Positions 20,897-31,707 of a stretch of DNA of 64,000 bases are shown piece by piece. Position numbers and translations under genes: made by a program. The number at the start of each line of letters is the position of its first letter. Position 1 is the first letter of the stretch. The stretch comes from a virus. A model generated the notes under the pieces. It had not been told where the DNA came from and did no database searches. It was given only the letters and a program-made list of their open reading frames with translations. The stretch is from the IMG/VR virus record IMGVR_UViG_3300021137_000006, positions 17,868 through 81,867 of that record, one strand, 5' to 3'.

Positions 20897-23020
20897 ATGG
20901 CATCACTAGTTTCCCCAGGCGTAACAACTCAATTAACCGACCAGTCGTTATTCGTTCCAAGCGTAGCGGATACCGTTCCGTTGTTTTTTATCGCCACTCA
21001 ACAAAGCAAAAAGCAAACGGACGGCATTACAACAGCTCTAGGTACAACAGAAAGCAACGTCGTTCGTACAATCACTTCATTGCAAGATAGTCTGACCCAG
21101 TACGGCATTCCATCGTTCCTTACAGCAACCTCTGGCGCAGCGCTACACGGTGATGCTCGTAATGAAGTTGGTCTGTTCACGTTAAATCGCTTCCTAGGAA
21201 TCGGTAGCCTTGCGTATGTCGTTCGTGCTAATGTTAATTTGAGCGATGACTATACAGCCACGTCAACGTCTTGGACAGCTAAATCATCCGCCGCTGCTGC
21301 TGAACTCCAATCATTGATTTCAGCATATCTCAACGCATATAACATGCAAAATGGTTACTTACCAACAGATCCGTTGTTTAAGATTACAGTTACGAACGTG
21401 GAATTGACTACGTTCATTAACCAAGTGATGTCGTCGATTTTTGCCGAAAACACATTCAGTAAAACCGAGGCTGACTTTTATCTAAACCGTTGGATGGCGG
21501 GCATTAGCGCAGCAGGCTCTCAAACTATCAGCTTCAGTGGTGCTGCAAGTTCAACTTCGGCAACTGGACTGGCTAATGATGCCACAGCATATACTGCAGT
21601 TATCGTTGTCGATGGCGTAGCCAAACCAGTGGTGGTAAGCGGATCAGCTGCTCAGACGATCGGAAACTTACTTGTTCAAATAAATGCCAAACTTGGTGGA
21701 ACTGCAATTGCTTCGTTGACAGGCGGTAACATAGTAATTACATCAGCAACTGTTGGTTCAAACTCCTCAGTTCTAGTGATCGACACTAACTTGTTCACTT
21801 CTGTAATTGGTTACCGTTCCTTATTGTTAGCCATTCCAGGCGCAAGCGCAATTTCGCCACTAAACGTGTATGCGAATGGCTTCAATCAGCCATCTACTAG
21901 TGAATATCTAGGCATGAAGGGCGTGATCGCAGTTTGGTCGAATGCTCTCGCATCAGGCGGCGGGGCAAGCGCAAATCCATACGAGTGGACAGCAATTGAA
22001 GCTTCACAAACGTTGCTAAATGCTACTGATGATTTCGTCGTGACAGCTGAGTTCTCCAATGAGACTAGTCTAGGCGCTGCTGATGCTGAAAAACGTCAAT
22101 CGATTGTCACCGCACTCCAAGCTATTATTAACAGCAACACAGAAGTTCGCTCTGAATTGTATGAGTATAACCTAGTTGTTTGTCCAGGTTTTGCTGAAGT
22201 TGTGGACGACTTGTTGACTCTAGTTGAAGATATTGGCGAAGAAGCGTTCGTAATTGGTGACGTTCCTTATCAACTAACTCCAGAAGCAGCTGCCAATTGG
22301 GCTGTTGCTCCTGCGTCTGCTGCAGATAGTCGCCGCGTTAACCGCAATGTCGCTTACTACTATCCACACGCAATCGCATCGAATGTTGATGGTAATGACG
22401 TGTTCGTCCCTGCATCGGCAATTGCCTTGCGTACCTACGCTTATAGTGACACCCAGAGTGAAGTTTGGTTTGCACCTGCTGGTGTTACTCGTGGTACCGT
22501 TACAGGAATCTCACGAGTTGGCTATATCAGTGGCATTCTAGGTCAACCTACCTCCTTTGTGGATGTTGCACTAAACAAGGGCCAACGTGACGCATTGTAT
22601 CAGTATTTCAGCAACATCAACCCAATTGCTAATCTACCAGGCCGTGGCATTCTTGTATTTGGTCAAAAGACCTCACAAAATGTTGCTAGCGCACTTGACC
22701 GTGTTAACGTCGCTCGTTTGGTTGCGTATATTCGCCGTCAAGCGCGTAAGCTTGGATTTGGATTCTTGTTCGAACCAAATGATACTATCACTCGTGCAAA
22801 CTTCAAGTCGGCAATCGATGGTATGTTAAGCACGATTATGACATCACGCGGCCTCGTCGATTACCTATCAGTATGCGATACTTCAAACAACACCCCTGCT
22901 CGTATTGGTGCAAATGAGTTGTATCTGGATATCGCATTGAAACCAATGATTGCAGCTGAATTTATCATCATCCCAATCACTGTTAAATCACAAGGAGCGA
23001 GTTTATCAGCATCGTCTTAA
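20897..23020 (+). CDS. Tail sheath protein (gp18-like)
   Basis: LVSPGV, WFAPAG..RG, INPI, FGQKT, ALDRVNV.RL, FEPND..TR, CD..NN, KP....EFI. Confidence 0.96.
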   Translation: MASLVSPGVTTQLTDQSLFVPSVADTVPLFFIATQQSKKQTDGITTALGTTESNVVRTITSLQDSLTQYGIPSFLTATSGAALHGDARNEVGLFTLNRFLGIGSLAYVVRANVNLSDDYTATSTSWTAKSSAAAAELQSLISAYLNAYNMQNGYLPTDPLFKITVTNVELTTFINQVMSSIFAENTFSKTEADFYLNRWMAGISAAGSQTISFSGAASSTSATGLANDATAYTAVIVVDGVAKPVVVSGSAAQTIGNLLVQINAKLGGTAIASLTGGNIVITSATVGSNSSVLVIDTNLFTSVIGYRSLLLAIPGASAISPLNVYANGFNQPSTSEYLGMKGVIAVWSNALASGGGASANPYEWTAIEASQTLLNATDDFVVTAEFSNETSLGAADAEKRQSIVTALQAIINSNTEVRSELYEYNLVVCPGFAEVVDDLLTLVEDIGEEAFVIGDVPYQLTPEAAANWAVAPASAADSRRVNRNVAYYYPHAIASNVDGNDVFVPASAIALRTYAYSDTQSEVWFAPAGVTRGTVTGISRVGYISGILGQPTSFVDVALNKGQRDALYQYFSNINPIANLPGRGILVFGQKTSQNVASALDRVNVARLVAYIRRQARKLGFGFLFEPNDTITRANFKSAIDGMLSTIMTSRGLVDYLSVCDTSNNTPARIGANELYLDIALKPMIAAEFIIIPITVKSQGASLSASS

Positions 23021-23038
23021 TCCGTTAAGAAGGTACCC

Positions 23039-23064
23039 AAAGGAGGGCTGTTTAGCCCTCCTTT
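23039..23064 (+). terminator. Intrinsic terminator after the sheath gene
   Basis: AAAGGAGGGCT-GTTT-AGCCCTCCTTT. Confidence 0.75.
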
Positions 23065-23195
23065 CCTTTGCCTATATACTCAGGCATGGTCGCTCGATTC
23101 GCAACGATCATTAAAATCCCAAAGTAGTTGTTGCATACAAATCTCGATTAGTGCATTATGAAATGGCTCTCTTATTACTTTAAAGGAAATTACAA

Positions 23196-23456
23196 ATGGC
23201 AAAGAAAGACACCAAGGCAGTTGAAGTTGCAGCTACAGAACCTACCATCACCGTTGATGGTGAGCAGTTCACAATCAGTGCACTGTCCCCACAAATTCAA
23301 AATGCAATCGTACTATTGAATAAGTGGAACGCGGACAAAACCGAAGCTGAACAAAAGGTGGTTCAATTGCAATACGCAGTGAACGCTCTATCGGTTGAGC
23401 TTGCAAAGGCAATCAAGCCTGCTGAAGAAGTAGCTGCTGAAACTGCTGCTGAATAA
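23196..23456 (+). CDS. Hypothetical coiled-coil protein
   Basis: SD AAGGA; followed by a terminator hairpin at about 23476-23502. Confidence 0.7.
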   Translation: MAKKDTKAVEVAATEPTITVDGEQFTISALSPQIQNAIVLLNKWNADKTEAEQKVVQLQYAVNALSVELAKAIKPAEEVAAETAAE

Positions 23457-23698
23457 TTAGCTCCCAAGCTACTCTAAAAAGTCTCCTACGGGGGACTTTT
23501 TTGTTGCCTTTTTGTGAAACTTATGTATAATGGGGTCTATGCAAAACGAAACCGTATACACATTTACCTCTTCACAACCATTGACCAAGCAACAGCTTGA
23601 ATATCTCAATAGGTGCATGTATAATATGCCAAGTGCAGACACTGAAGATTTTTCTGATGTCCCTGAATATACGACTGATATCGTCGAGGTAAAATAAA

Positions 23699-23953
23699 GT
23701 GTCAGGATTTTCAGGGGACCCAGATGCAGAAGCAACCCACGCGTTAATACTTGCGGAAAACGCTCTGTACGCAGCTCGTCAAAATCTGTATACATCTACC
23801 AAATCTGCTGCAGAATGTGATGATTGTGGAGACTCTATTCCCGAAGCGCGCCGCAAGGCTATGCCGGGAGTTTACCAGTGCATTGTGTGCCGGTCTTTGT
23901 TCGAAAAGACAATGCACAAGCAGAAAATCAAGATGCTCGACAGAATCTTATAA
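23699..23953 (+). CDS. DksA/TraR-type C4 zinc-finger protein
   Basis: CDDCG..IPEARR.A.PG...C..C....E. Confidence 0.85.
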   Translation: MSGFSGDPDAEATHALILAENALYAARQNLYTSTKSAAECDDCGDSIPEARRKAMPGVYQCIVCRSLFEKTMHKQKIKMLDRIL

Positions 23954-23984
23954 ATAAAGCGTAGCACTCTAGGATACTTATAAA

Positions 23985-24359
23985 ATGGATATTAACACAC
24001 AACGTCGCATGCTTGAAATTGCCGGAATGTCTGGCGTAGTTCTGACTGAAGCGAAAAAGAAAACAACCGTAAAAGAAGACGCTCAGCAGTCTCTAGAACG
24101 CAAGTTTGGTGCCATCGGCACTGCAGTTGCTGACATCATCGACAACTATAAGCAGATGGCGACTGAACCAGACATAGCGGATGAAATGGATGCAGCGCGC
24201 ATGAGCCCAGGTAATATGTGGGGATACGTCGAAGACATGATCAACGACGCTCTCGCAGAAATCAAAGACAGCGAGGAGTACAAGCAATTGTGCGCAAGTC
24301 TGGCGGGTCAAACTACTCAAGTTAAGGCTGCGCCAGACCAAGGTATTTTAGACGTTTAA
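23985..24359 (+). CDS. Putative head-packaged hypothetical protein
   Basis: TATAAATA upstream; RRMLEIAG...LTEA...VKED N-terminus. Confidence 0.55.
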   Translation: MDINTQRRMLEIAGMSGVVLTEAKKKTTVKEDAQQSLERKFGAIGTAVADIIDNYKQMATEPDIADEMDAARMSPGNMWGYVEDMINDALAEIKDSEEYKQLCASLAGQTTQVKAAPDQGILDV

Positions 24360-24418
24360 CACATCTTTTGTTTCGTATAAATTAAGAGGACATTCGTGTC
24401 CTCTTTTCCTTTTCCCAA

Positions 24419-27400
24419 ATGTACATATCCGCAAGTAAACAATTTGACAAAGTAATCGTTTGGGAGCAACGCACCAATCGTACGACACTTAATATTCGAA
24501 CATTCATTGCACCTAATGAGTGTTACGTTCGTGTGCATGATTGGAAAGCGTGCAAGGCCAATCTTAAGCAAGCAGTTGCAGATGGTAATATGGAAGATAT
24601 TACAGTTCTGAAACAGTTCCTCGGACTTGGTTCGAATGCTATTGATACTGTAGATACTCACGTATCGATGTACGGTGATCCTCTATATAAATTGACATTT
24701 TCTAAGTCAAAAGAGTTTCGTGCATTTACTGGTAGTGTCCCTGTCAATATTCGATTGTACGAAAGTGATATCCCACCAGAGTTAAAAGTATTGTCTGCGA
24801 ATTATTATCAAGCAGAACTTCCAATACTTAATGTTACGTTTTACGATATTGAAGTTGAAGCGATTACTCGTATTCGTGATCCAGAGCAGTTGATTAATGT
24901 CCGTAGTATTATGGACGGCTCTGTGTATGAAATGAAACTTCGTCACTTACGTAAAGTTGATAAAACAGACCACGATCAGTATGAATATAAGGAAAGACCT
25001 ACTCAGCCATTTCGTCCGTTGACTAATTCCCCACTGTTGTACGATGAGTTCGATCATTACTCGTCCGTAATGGATGCTGAAGCTCCAATTAATTCAATCG
25101 CATTTTATCACGCGTGGTTGGATGAGTATGTGTGCTATTGTGTGCCACCAACCACGTGGTCTATGGAAGAGTGTCAACAATACTTTAATTGGGACTTATT
25201 CCGAGACATCCCGGTCAAGTATAAAGTAATATTTTGTCAAAATGAAGCCGAGTTGCTAACATACTCGGTTGAAGAGATTCAGAATACGGACGTCTTATCA
25301 GGATACAATGCGTCAGTATTCGATGATCCGTATTTTTCACAACGAGTGCAAACGGTGCTAGGTGAAGAGTGGTTTCATATGCTATCATTTCCGAAGGGTA
25401 AGAAACCGTATTATACTGAGCGTGAGATATTCTTTCGGCCGCAAAAGCAAGTTCAATTTGATGGTCGTATTACAACTGATTATTTAGAACTGTTTAAAAA
25501 GTTTACAGTCGAAGACCGAGATAGTTGGAGCTTGGAAAGCGTTGCTCAAGATCACCTTGGTGAAAAGTTCAAAAAGCTCGATTATGAAGGCACTTTGCAC
25601 AGTCTATATCACGAGAATTTTCCTAAGTTTGTCCGATACAATATCCGAGATACTGAAATTCTACGCGAACTCGACCGTAAGTACAAATTTATTCAAACTG
25701 GTAACAGCCTAATCCACCAATCTACGTGTCATTACAAGAATATTGTAGGTACAATCCGTACTGCGGAAATGTCTATCAATAATTACTGTTGGCATGAGTT
25801 GGGAATGCGAGTGCCAGATACGCAGGTGCTGGACGAACAAGGCCAAGCAGAAGGCGCGTACGTGCTTGTTCCACAGACTGGTCTGCAAGATTGGTTGATT
25901 TGCGTCGACATCAACTCATTGTATCCAAACACCGAGCGTACTCTCAACTTGTCGCCGGAAACGATCATGGGTCAGTTTACAGAGTTTGGTAAAGCGTGGG
26001 AGGAGATTTTCCATAATACTGACGCTCAACTCACACTGAAGTGGGAAAAGACCAATCGGACCGACACTCTACCTGCGTCTGAATGGCGTAAGAAGCTGTG
26101 GGAGCTGAAGTTCAGCGTATCTGGTTATGGTACTGTATTTGACCAGAATAAAGAAGGTATTATCCCGCAGTTGCTTGGTAAATGGTACGCAGATCGTAAA
26201 GCATTCCAAGCAGCTGCAAAAAAAGCTGCGGCTAGAAAAGCCGAGCTCGAAAAGAACGGCGGCAGTCAAGATGAGATCGACGCAGCACAATCCGACTATG
26301 AATTTAATGACATGGCTCAATACGCTATGAAGATTAAGCTCAATAGTCAGTATGGCGCACTGCTTAACCAGAACTTCCGATTCTACGATAAACGAATGGG
26401 ACAGAGCGTTACGGCAACTGGCCGTCGCATTTTGCAACATCAGTTGCGTAAAGGTTGTGAGATCATTGACGGTGACTACAATATTGATCCGATCGTCGAC
26501 GACGAGGATCCGCGGGCAATGCGAGGCGAGATTGCAAGCCCTTGTTTGATTTATGGCGATACCGATTCTGGTTACTTTTCGATCAAGAACATCGTTCCAT
26601 CAGGTGCCACTACTGCATTCATTATTAAACTGGCTGACGAAATTGCTAACGAAATCAATGCATCTTTTCCGGAGTTTAATCAAAAAGCATTCTTATGTCA
26701 GCCTGGATACGATAGGTTCATTAAAACTGGTCGAGAACTTGTAGCAGATCGCGGATTCTTTATTCGGAAGAAACGTTACGTTATTCATGTGATTGACAAA
26801 GAAGGTAAAGCGAAAGATGAACTCAAGGCCATGGGTGTCGAAATGCGTAAAACCACTACTCCTCGTGACGTTAAGGTGTTTCTGCGGTCTTCGGCAACCA
26901 TGTTATTAAAAGGTACCCCGGACAAAGAACTTGACGAGTACATCGTTACGTATCGAGATAAGATTATCGATGATGTACCGCTGATGGAGATTGGTCTACC
27001 GAAAGGCATCAAGAAGATTGAATTCTACACAGATAACTTTAGAGATGATCCTCATACTCGTTTGCCAGGCCACGTTGCAGCAGCGTTATTATATAATGAG
27101 TTTCGAGAACATAATAAGGATAACCAATCGTTGCAAATTGCCAGTGGAATGAAACTCAAAGTGTTCAACTTCAAATACAAGTTCGAGCACGAAGGTCGCA
27201 TGTTTAACTCTATTGCGTTGCCGACAGACACAGAAGAGATACCCCATTGGTTTACAGAAGATTTTGCACCACTGATAGATAGAGTGATGCATTCGAAAAA
27301 GCTGGTTGATAATATGTTACATAACATGTTTGATTCCATTCCACGACATGTGCCAACTCGGCACATGCAAGCAATTGAAGAAGAATTTGATTTTAACTAA
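24419..27400 (+). CDS. DNA polymerase, family B (gp43-like)
   Basis: ExoI DIE, ExoII N...FD, ExoIII YN..D, DINSLYP, KIKLNS.YG, YGDTDS, KKRY. Confidence 0.97.
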   Translation: MYISASKQFDKVIVWEQRTNRTTLNIRTFIAPNECYVRVHDWKACKANLKQAVADGNMEDITVLKQFLGLGSNAIDTVDTHVSMYGDPLYKLTFSKSKEFRAFTGSVPVNIRLYESDIPPELKVLSANYYQAELPILNVTFYDIEVEAITRIRDPEQLINVRSIMDGSVYEMKLRHLRKVDKTDHDQYEYKERPTQPFRPLTNSPLLYDEFDHYSSVMDAEAPINSIAFYHAWLDEYVCYCVPPTTWSMEECQQYFNWDLFRDIPVKYKVIFCQNEAELLTYSVEEIQNTDVLSGYNASVFDDPYFSQRVQTVLGEEWFHMLSFPKGKKPYYTEREIFFRPQKQVQFDGRITTDYLELFKKFTVEDRDSWSLESVAQDHLGEKFKKLDYEGTLHSLYHENFPKFVRYNIRDTEILRELDRKYKFIQTGNSLIHQSTCHYKNIVGTIRTAEMSINNYCWHELGMRVPDTQVLDEQGQAEGAYVLVPQTGLQDWLICVDINSLYPNTERTLNLSPETIMGQFTEFGKAWEEIFHNTDAQLTLKWEKTNRTDTLPASEWRKKLWELKFSVSGYGTVFDQNKEGIIPQLLGKWYADRKAFQAAAKKAAARKAELEKNGGSQDEIDAAQSDYEFNDMAQYAMKIKLNSQYGALLNQNFRFYDKRMGQSVTATGRRILQHQLRKGCEIIDGDYNIDPIVDDEDPRAMRGEIASPCLIYGDTDSGYFSIKNIVPSGATTAFIIKLADEIANEINASFPEFNQKAFLCQPGYDRFIKTGRELVADRGFFIRKKRYVIHVIDKEGKAKDELKAMGVEMRKTTTPRDVKVFLRSSATMLLKGTPDKELDEYIVTYRDKIIDDVPLMEIGLPKGIKKIEFYTDNFRDDPHTRLPGHVAAALLYNEFREHNKDNQSLQIASGMKLKVFNFKYKFEHEGRMFNSIALPTDTEEIPHWFTEDFAPLIDRVMHSKKLVDNMLHNMFDSIPRHVPTRHMQAIEEEFDFN

Positions 27401-27408
27401 GGACTACT

Positions 27409-27681
27409 ATGAATGACCAAATCGACGATGTGATAGATAAAAATGACCCAACTTTAATAGAGTTAGTTGCAACACCAACGGAGTTCGTCTCTACTGAGGG
27501 TACGCAATCTGTTGATTTAGATCCGACCAACGCGGCTCTGGATCCAAATAAACTCAACAGTGCGGATCTTGCGCAGTTCCGTAAAAATGTTCGCCGTCTT
27601 CAGGAAAAAACCCAAATTGAACAAATGAAGAAAGTATCTCACTTCAATCTTGGGGCGTTTTTCCCTATTGGTAAAAAATAA
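27409..27681 (+). CDS. Hypothetical protein
   Basis: SD AAGGA, directly follows the polymerase gene. Confidence 0.6.
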   Translation: MNDQIDDVIDKNDPTLIELVATPTEFVSTEGTQSVDLDPTNAALDPNKLNSADLAQFRKNVRRLQEKTQIEQMKKVSHFNLGAFFPIGKK

Positions 27682-27717
27682 CATAAATATGCGAAACCAC
27701 GAGGCTTCGCATATATT

Positions 27718-28140
27718 ATGGGACCATGGGACTTTCTTTTAAAACCAACTAACCTTGTTATTTCGGTACTGTTGCTTACCGCTGGACTTTCCAGCGGTAT
27801 TGCGTACTACATGTACCACCAAAATCTTACATTGCATGAACAAGTTGCAGTACAACAACGCGAATATCAAATATACGTTGAAACCCACAACCAGCAAATT
27901 AAACTATTAACTGCAACTATCGATGGACAAAATAGTTCAATCGACGCGTTTAAGAAGAATGGCGACAAACAAGTGATCGAGATGGGTAAAGTGCAAACAA
28001 AGGTTGATCAAATGCGGGTTACTGCAGAACAACAGCTTGCTGAACTACGTAAAACTAATACCGCAACCTACACGTGTGATCAGTCTATTCGATTTCTAAT
28101 TGATCAGTCGAAAGTGTTAACATGGGGAGCAGCCAAATGA
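27718..28140 (+). CDS. Inner-membrane spanin (Rz-like)
   Basis: N-terminal transmembrane segment followed by coiled coil; ATGA overlap with a lipoprotein gene. Confidence 0.7.
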   Translation: MGPWDFLLKPTNLVISVLLLTAGLSSGIAYYMYHQNLTLHEQVAVQQREYQIYVETHNQQIKLLTATIDGQNSSIDAFKKNGDKQVIEMGKVQTKVDQMRVTAEQQLAELRKTNTATYTCDQSIRFLIDQSKVLTWGAAK

Positions 28141-28427
28141 ACTACCTTATTGTCGCCGTAGCGCTTGTATTAACCGGTTGCCAAACGTGTCCAGCTCCGA
28201 TGATCCAAGTAGAAACTCACGAAGTAAAAGTACTCGTTCAACAACCATACCCTTTGATTAGTACTATTCCGCATCCCGTATTGGAAATCACTAAACTTGA
28301 CACAACAGTTCCACCTGGAGTGGTAGTGCAAGCGTATCAAATTACTGTGCAACAGCTACTTAATCTGGTTGACCAGCTTGAAACTGAAATTACTGGAGTG
28401 AACAATGCGCGTCAACCAAGTCCTTAA
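28137..28427 (+). CDS. Outer-membrane spanin lipoprotein (Rz1-like)
   Basis: Signal peptide with lipobox LTGC; Pro-rich mature region. Confidence 0.72.
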   Translation: MNYLIVAVALVLTGCQTCPAPMIQVETHEVKVLVQQPYPLISTIPHPVLEITKLDTTVPPGVVVQAYQITVQQLLNLVDQLETEITGVNNARQPSP

Positions 28428-28722
28428 TCGCGTCAATGAAAGTTGGCTACCATTGTTACTAGGAGCAGCTGTTGGAAATATAGCTAAACGGTCTGGCGCA
28501 GGAAATACGCTTGCACTCATGGTAACTGCTGGAACATATGCCGCTTTAACCAACCTTGCTCCAGCACATCGTAAGCAAGTGGTAGTCACCGCGACTACTC
28601 AATCAGAGGCGCTCGCTAACCAACGAGTTGTGCAAAATCTGATTGATAAAATGTCATACAAACTGGACGATGTTGAGTACATTGGGGCCCACGGCCGTAA
28701 ATGGACACTCTCCGCTAAATAG
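28405..28722 (+). CDS. Hypothetical protein
   Basis: MRVNQVL..VNES N-terminus followed by a hydrophobic stretch. Confidence 0.55.
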   Translation: MRVNQVLNRVNESWLPLLLGAAVGNIAKRSGAGNTLALMVTAGTYAALTNLAPAHRKQVVVTATTQSEALANQRVVQNLIDKMSYKLDDVEYIGAHGRKWTLSAK

Positions 28723-28748
28723 ATACTACAGAACGGACCTATACTGAT

Positions 28749-30317
28749 ATGGAAAAAACTGACGCATACGTTGTGATGACGAATAACGCAATCAACATTG
28801 TTACTACTGACCCAAATGTAGCTGACCAAGCCAAGGCTCAAAACCCCGGCTCCGTTGTCAAACGCTTTCCGCTAACTGCAAAAATGCAAAACGGAAATGG
28901 CATCGTTGGTGAAGCACTAGACGGTGACTTCGATACTGGCGAAGGCTCAATTGGAGCCGATGACGTGGAGTTTGTTGATGGCCCACCTCCAGGCGAAGAC
29001 GGCGAAGAGCAGCCAATGGACGATATGGGTGATGACGAATTTGGTGGTGAAGATGAAGAGAACGCAGACGTAATCTGCATGGATACTGAACTTGCTGTTC
29101 GTGTGTTTGAATACATTGCGCAAAATCAACTCGAAGGTGAAGAACTTCAAGCCATGGCTGACAAGATGGCTGACCTTGGCAATCAATCAGACGACGTCCT
29201 TACAGTAGAGCATTTTGACGAAATCACCGGTGGTGAACAAGGTAGTCAAGACGACATGGGTGACGAATTCGGCGAAGATGATTTCCCAGAAGAAGATGGC
29301 GATGATGAGTTTGCTGATGATAGCATGCAATCACCTGAAGGTGAACAAGATGTCGAGCAAGACCTCGAAATCGGCGAAGACGCTTTTGATGGCGATACTT
29401 CGGACGACCAACTTACTGACGAGCCAAAATATGGTGCACAGACTAGTGAAGTTGACCCATATGAAGAAAAACTAGTGCAGCAGTTCTTATCAGGTCAAAT
29501 GAGCCGTGAAGCCCTAATTGATGCCCTACAGAGTGGAGCCTCCACTGACTACTCTATGCACCAAGGTGAAATGGGTAATCCAGATATGCGTGACGATATG
29601 CAACAAGGCCGTCAGCGAATGATGGATCCGTACGGTGATGATGTTACAGATGACTTCGGTGAGTATGACCGCGAAGACGATGACGAGGAATTCGACGAGT
29701 GCATGGATTACCGTTTAGGCGAAGATGCGCCACCAGGCCAGCAGCAACAAAACGACCCAACTATTGATGCTCAGTATATGAATGGCTACAACACTGGCAA
29801 ACGTGGCGGTCAAGCTACTCCACAAAATATCAATACTCCACAAGGCTCGGCATATAACTCCGGCTTCAGTGATGCTAAAGGTGGCAAACCATCTGTTCCG
29901 CCAAGCAAGCGTCAAGGTGAAAGTGTTCGTGAAGCAAAAGCAGCCCCAACTGGTGCGTGGGTTGCGTACGCATCGTCTACAAAGTTCAAGAGATTCAAAA
30001 CTCGTGAAGGCGCAAAGAACTTTGTAGAAGCTAATACTGGATGGAAACTCGCAAGCTCTGAGCACTATGCTGACAAAATCCAAGCTAAATCTGTCAAAGA
30101 AGGTGTAGAAACATTCGCATCGTTCCTAGCTAAAATTGATAAGCCATCTCCAGGTGTGACTACTGTTGCTGCTTTATTCAAGGCTAAAAAAGGTGCAAAG
30201 ACTATTGACAACACTGAAGACAAGCACTTCGAGATTGTTCAGGATCCAAAAACGACAGCTGTGAAGATCACCAATGACTCTACGACAGGCGTTCACAAAA
30301 CTTCCAACTCGTACTAA
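28749..30317 (+). CDS. Highly acidic modular putative internal head protein
   Basis: D/E-rich; VGE/IGE/LGE/VRE/VKE junctions; late motif upstream. Confidence 0.55.
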   Translation: MEKTDAYVVMTNNAINIVTTDPNVADQAKAQNPGSVVKRFPLTAKMQNGNGIVGEALDGDFDTGEGSIGADDVEFVDGPPPGEDGEEQPMDDMGDDEFGGEDEENADVICMDTELAVRVFEYIAQNQLEGEELQAMADKMADLGNQSDDVLTVEHFDEITGGEQGSQDDMGDEFGEDDFPEEDGDDEFADDSMQSPEGEQDVEQDLEIGEDAFDGDTSDDQLTDEPKYGAQTSEVDPYEEKLVQQFLSGQMSREALIDALQSGASTDYSMHQGEMGNPDMRDDMQQGRQRMMDPYGDDVTDDFGEYDREDDDEEFDECMDYRLGEDAPPGQQQQNDPTIDAQYMNGYNTGKRGGQATPQNINTPQGSAYNSGFSDAKGGKPSVPPSKRQGESVREAKAAPTGAWVAYASSTKFKRFKTREGAKNFVEANTGWKLASSEHYADKIQAKSVKEGVETFASFLAKIDKPSPGVTTVAALFKAKKGAKTIDNTEDKHFEIVQDPKTTAVKITNDSTTGVHKTSNSY

Positions 30318-30318
30318 G

Positions 30319-30630
30319 ATGATTCTATCAAAAGAGCAACAGGCGCTGATTGCTCAGCTTATTATTAAACGGGACCAGCCAGAGGAATGTTTTTCTCTGG
30401 TTCGTTCTAATGCTAAAACCTATTCATTTGGGCGATTTTTTGAAAAGAATGGGTTGCTATCGATTGACGTTGACTCAGTTACTCTAAATCCAGCATTATT
30501 CGTGCAAGCATATAGAAATGGTATTACAGACGAGGCGGGTGAGTTAACAGATGAGGGTACCAAAATGTCACAACAATCAATTGAGGAAACTTACAGGTTC
30601 CTTAGAGTGATGTTATCCGGCGCTTCTTGA
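30319..30630 (+). CDS. Hypothetical protein
   Basis: ATG immediately after the previous stop codon. Confidence 0.55.
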   Translation: MILSKEQQALIAQLIIKRDQPEECFSLVRSNAKTYSFGRFFEKNGLLSIDVDSVTLNPALFVQAYRNGITDEAGELTDEGTKMSQQSIEETYRFLRVMLSGAS

Positions 30631-30940
30631 TTATTACTGATTGTTTAGGTACTGTCATTCCAACGACCTCTACTTGGGATGATGGCAATGACTGATACAT
30701 TGAATACAGATGTTGATGTATTCGAGCATCGGTTAGTACGAGATTCAGATACACACTGAAGTATGATGATTGACTTCCACTACAGTAGTTGGTCCATAGT
30801 GTGTGCACTTGTTCAACGAATTGAGATCCGATATCGACCAAAAACCCTTTGGTGAGGTCGTCTACTGTAACATCCGGAAAAAACCAACACGTCTTACCGT
30901 TGCGTATAATCTTCTGACATTTTGTCGCGTTAACTGTCAT
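30602..30940 (-). CDS. Hypothetical protein
   Basis: Only substantial ORF filling the gap. Confidence 0.4.
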   Translation of the reverse strand: MTVNATKCQKIIRNGKTCWFFPDVTVDDLTKGFLVDIGSQFVEQVHTLWTNYCSGSQSSYFSVYLNLVLTDARIHQHLYSMYQSLPSSQVEVVGMTVPKQSVIIKKRRITSL

Positions 30941-31016
30941 ATTCCCGGTGTAATCATCGTTGTACCCTCATACTTATGTGGGAATCGATAAATATAAAAA
31001 AGTTCCCATTACTACA

Positions 31017-31472
31017 ATGAAACTCATTGCAATTTTCGAAGCAGGATTTGTCGATTATACTCGTGACGGAGATAGTAACGATAACACTCCACAAGATGCT
31101 ACAAATCCTCCATTATCTGATGACCAGCCAGAGGGCGATGATGAATTCCAACAAGATGATGCGACGCAAGATGCCCAGCAACTAGACGGACAGGATGACC
31201 CCGATCGTCAAGGGAGCATTCGCACTGTACCGGAAGCTCATCTTGTCTATAAACGTAAGAATGAGAATAACTTATTCGACGAGCTGTGGATATACAAACA
31301 AAATCAACATGACACGTGGACAATGAAAACATATGATGCAATTGTTGCTGGAAGTGATATTCCGAAGGGTGCTACCACGAGTCCGGACGGTTCTCAAACA
31401 GTTGACAGATGGGAAGTGGGAGACCCGAAGAATACGCTCGTGTTTGTTGAAATTAAAGGAATGGCGAATTAA
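31017..31472 (+). CDS. Conserved-looking virion-associated hypothetical protein
   Basis: MKLIAIFE start after TAAATA; DPDRQG.IRTV..AHLVYKR......ELWIY. Confidence 0.6.
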   Translation: MKLIAIFEAGFVDYTRDGDSNDNTPQDATNPPLSDDQPEGDDEFQQDDATQDAQQLDGQDDPDRQGSIRTVPEAHLVYKRKNENNLFDELWIYKQNQHDTWTMKTYDAIVAGSDIPKGATTSPDGSQTVDRWEVGDPKNTLVFVEIKGMAN

Positions 31473-31473
31473 T

Positions 31474-31695
31474 ATGTTTGTATCAAGCGACCAATTTTAT
31501 CTAAATGTCCGATTGCTTCGTGGATTGCAAGGATTGGGTATGAATATCCCCCCTACTAAAATGGCACAAAAGCAACTAATTGCCCGCCTTCTAATTGCTG
31601 AACTTGTTGATCCTCGTACAACTTACGTAGACACCAACGCAAAGTCGATGTATATTGCAGAGATTAGGGCATTCTGTCCTGATTTGTTCCATTAA
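31474..31695 (+). CDS. Hypothetical protein
   Basis: Coupled to the previous ORF. Confidence 0.45.
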   Translation: MFVSSDQFYLNVRLLRGLQGLGMNIPPTKMAQKQLIARLLIAELVDPRTTYVDTNAKSMYIAEIRAFCPDLFH

Positions 31696-31707
31696 CTTTA
31701 TACATCT

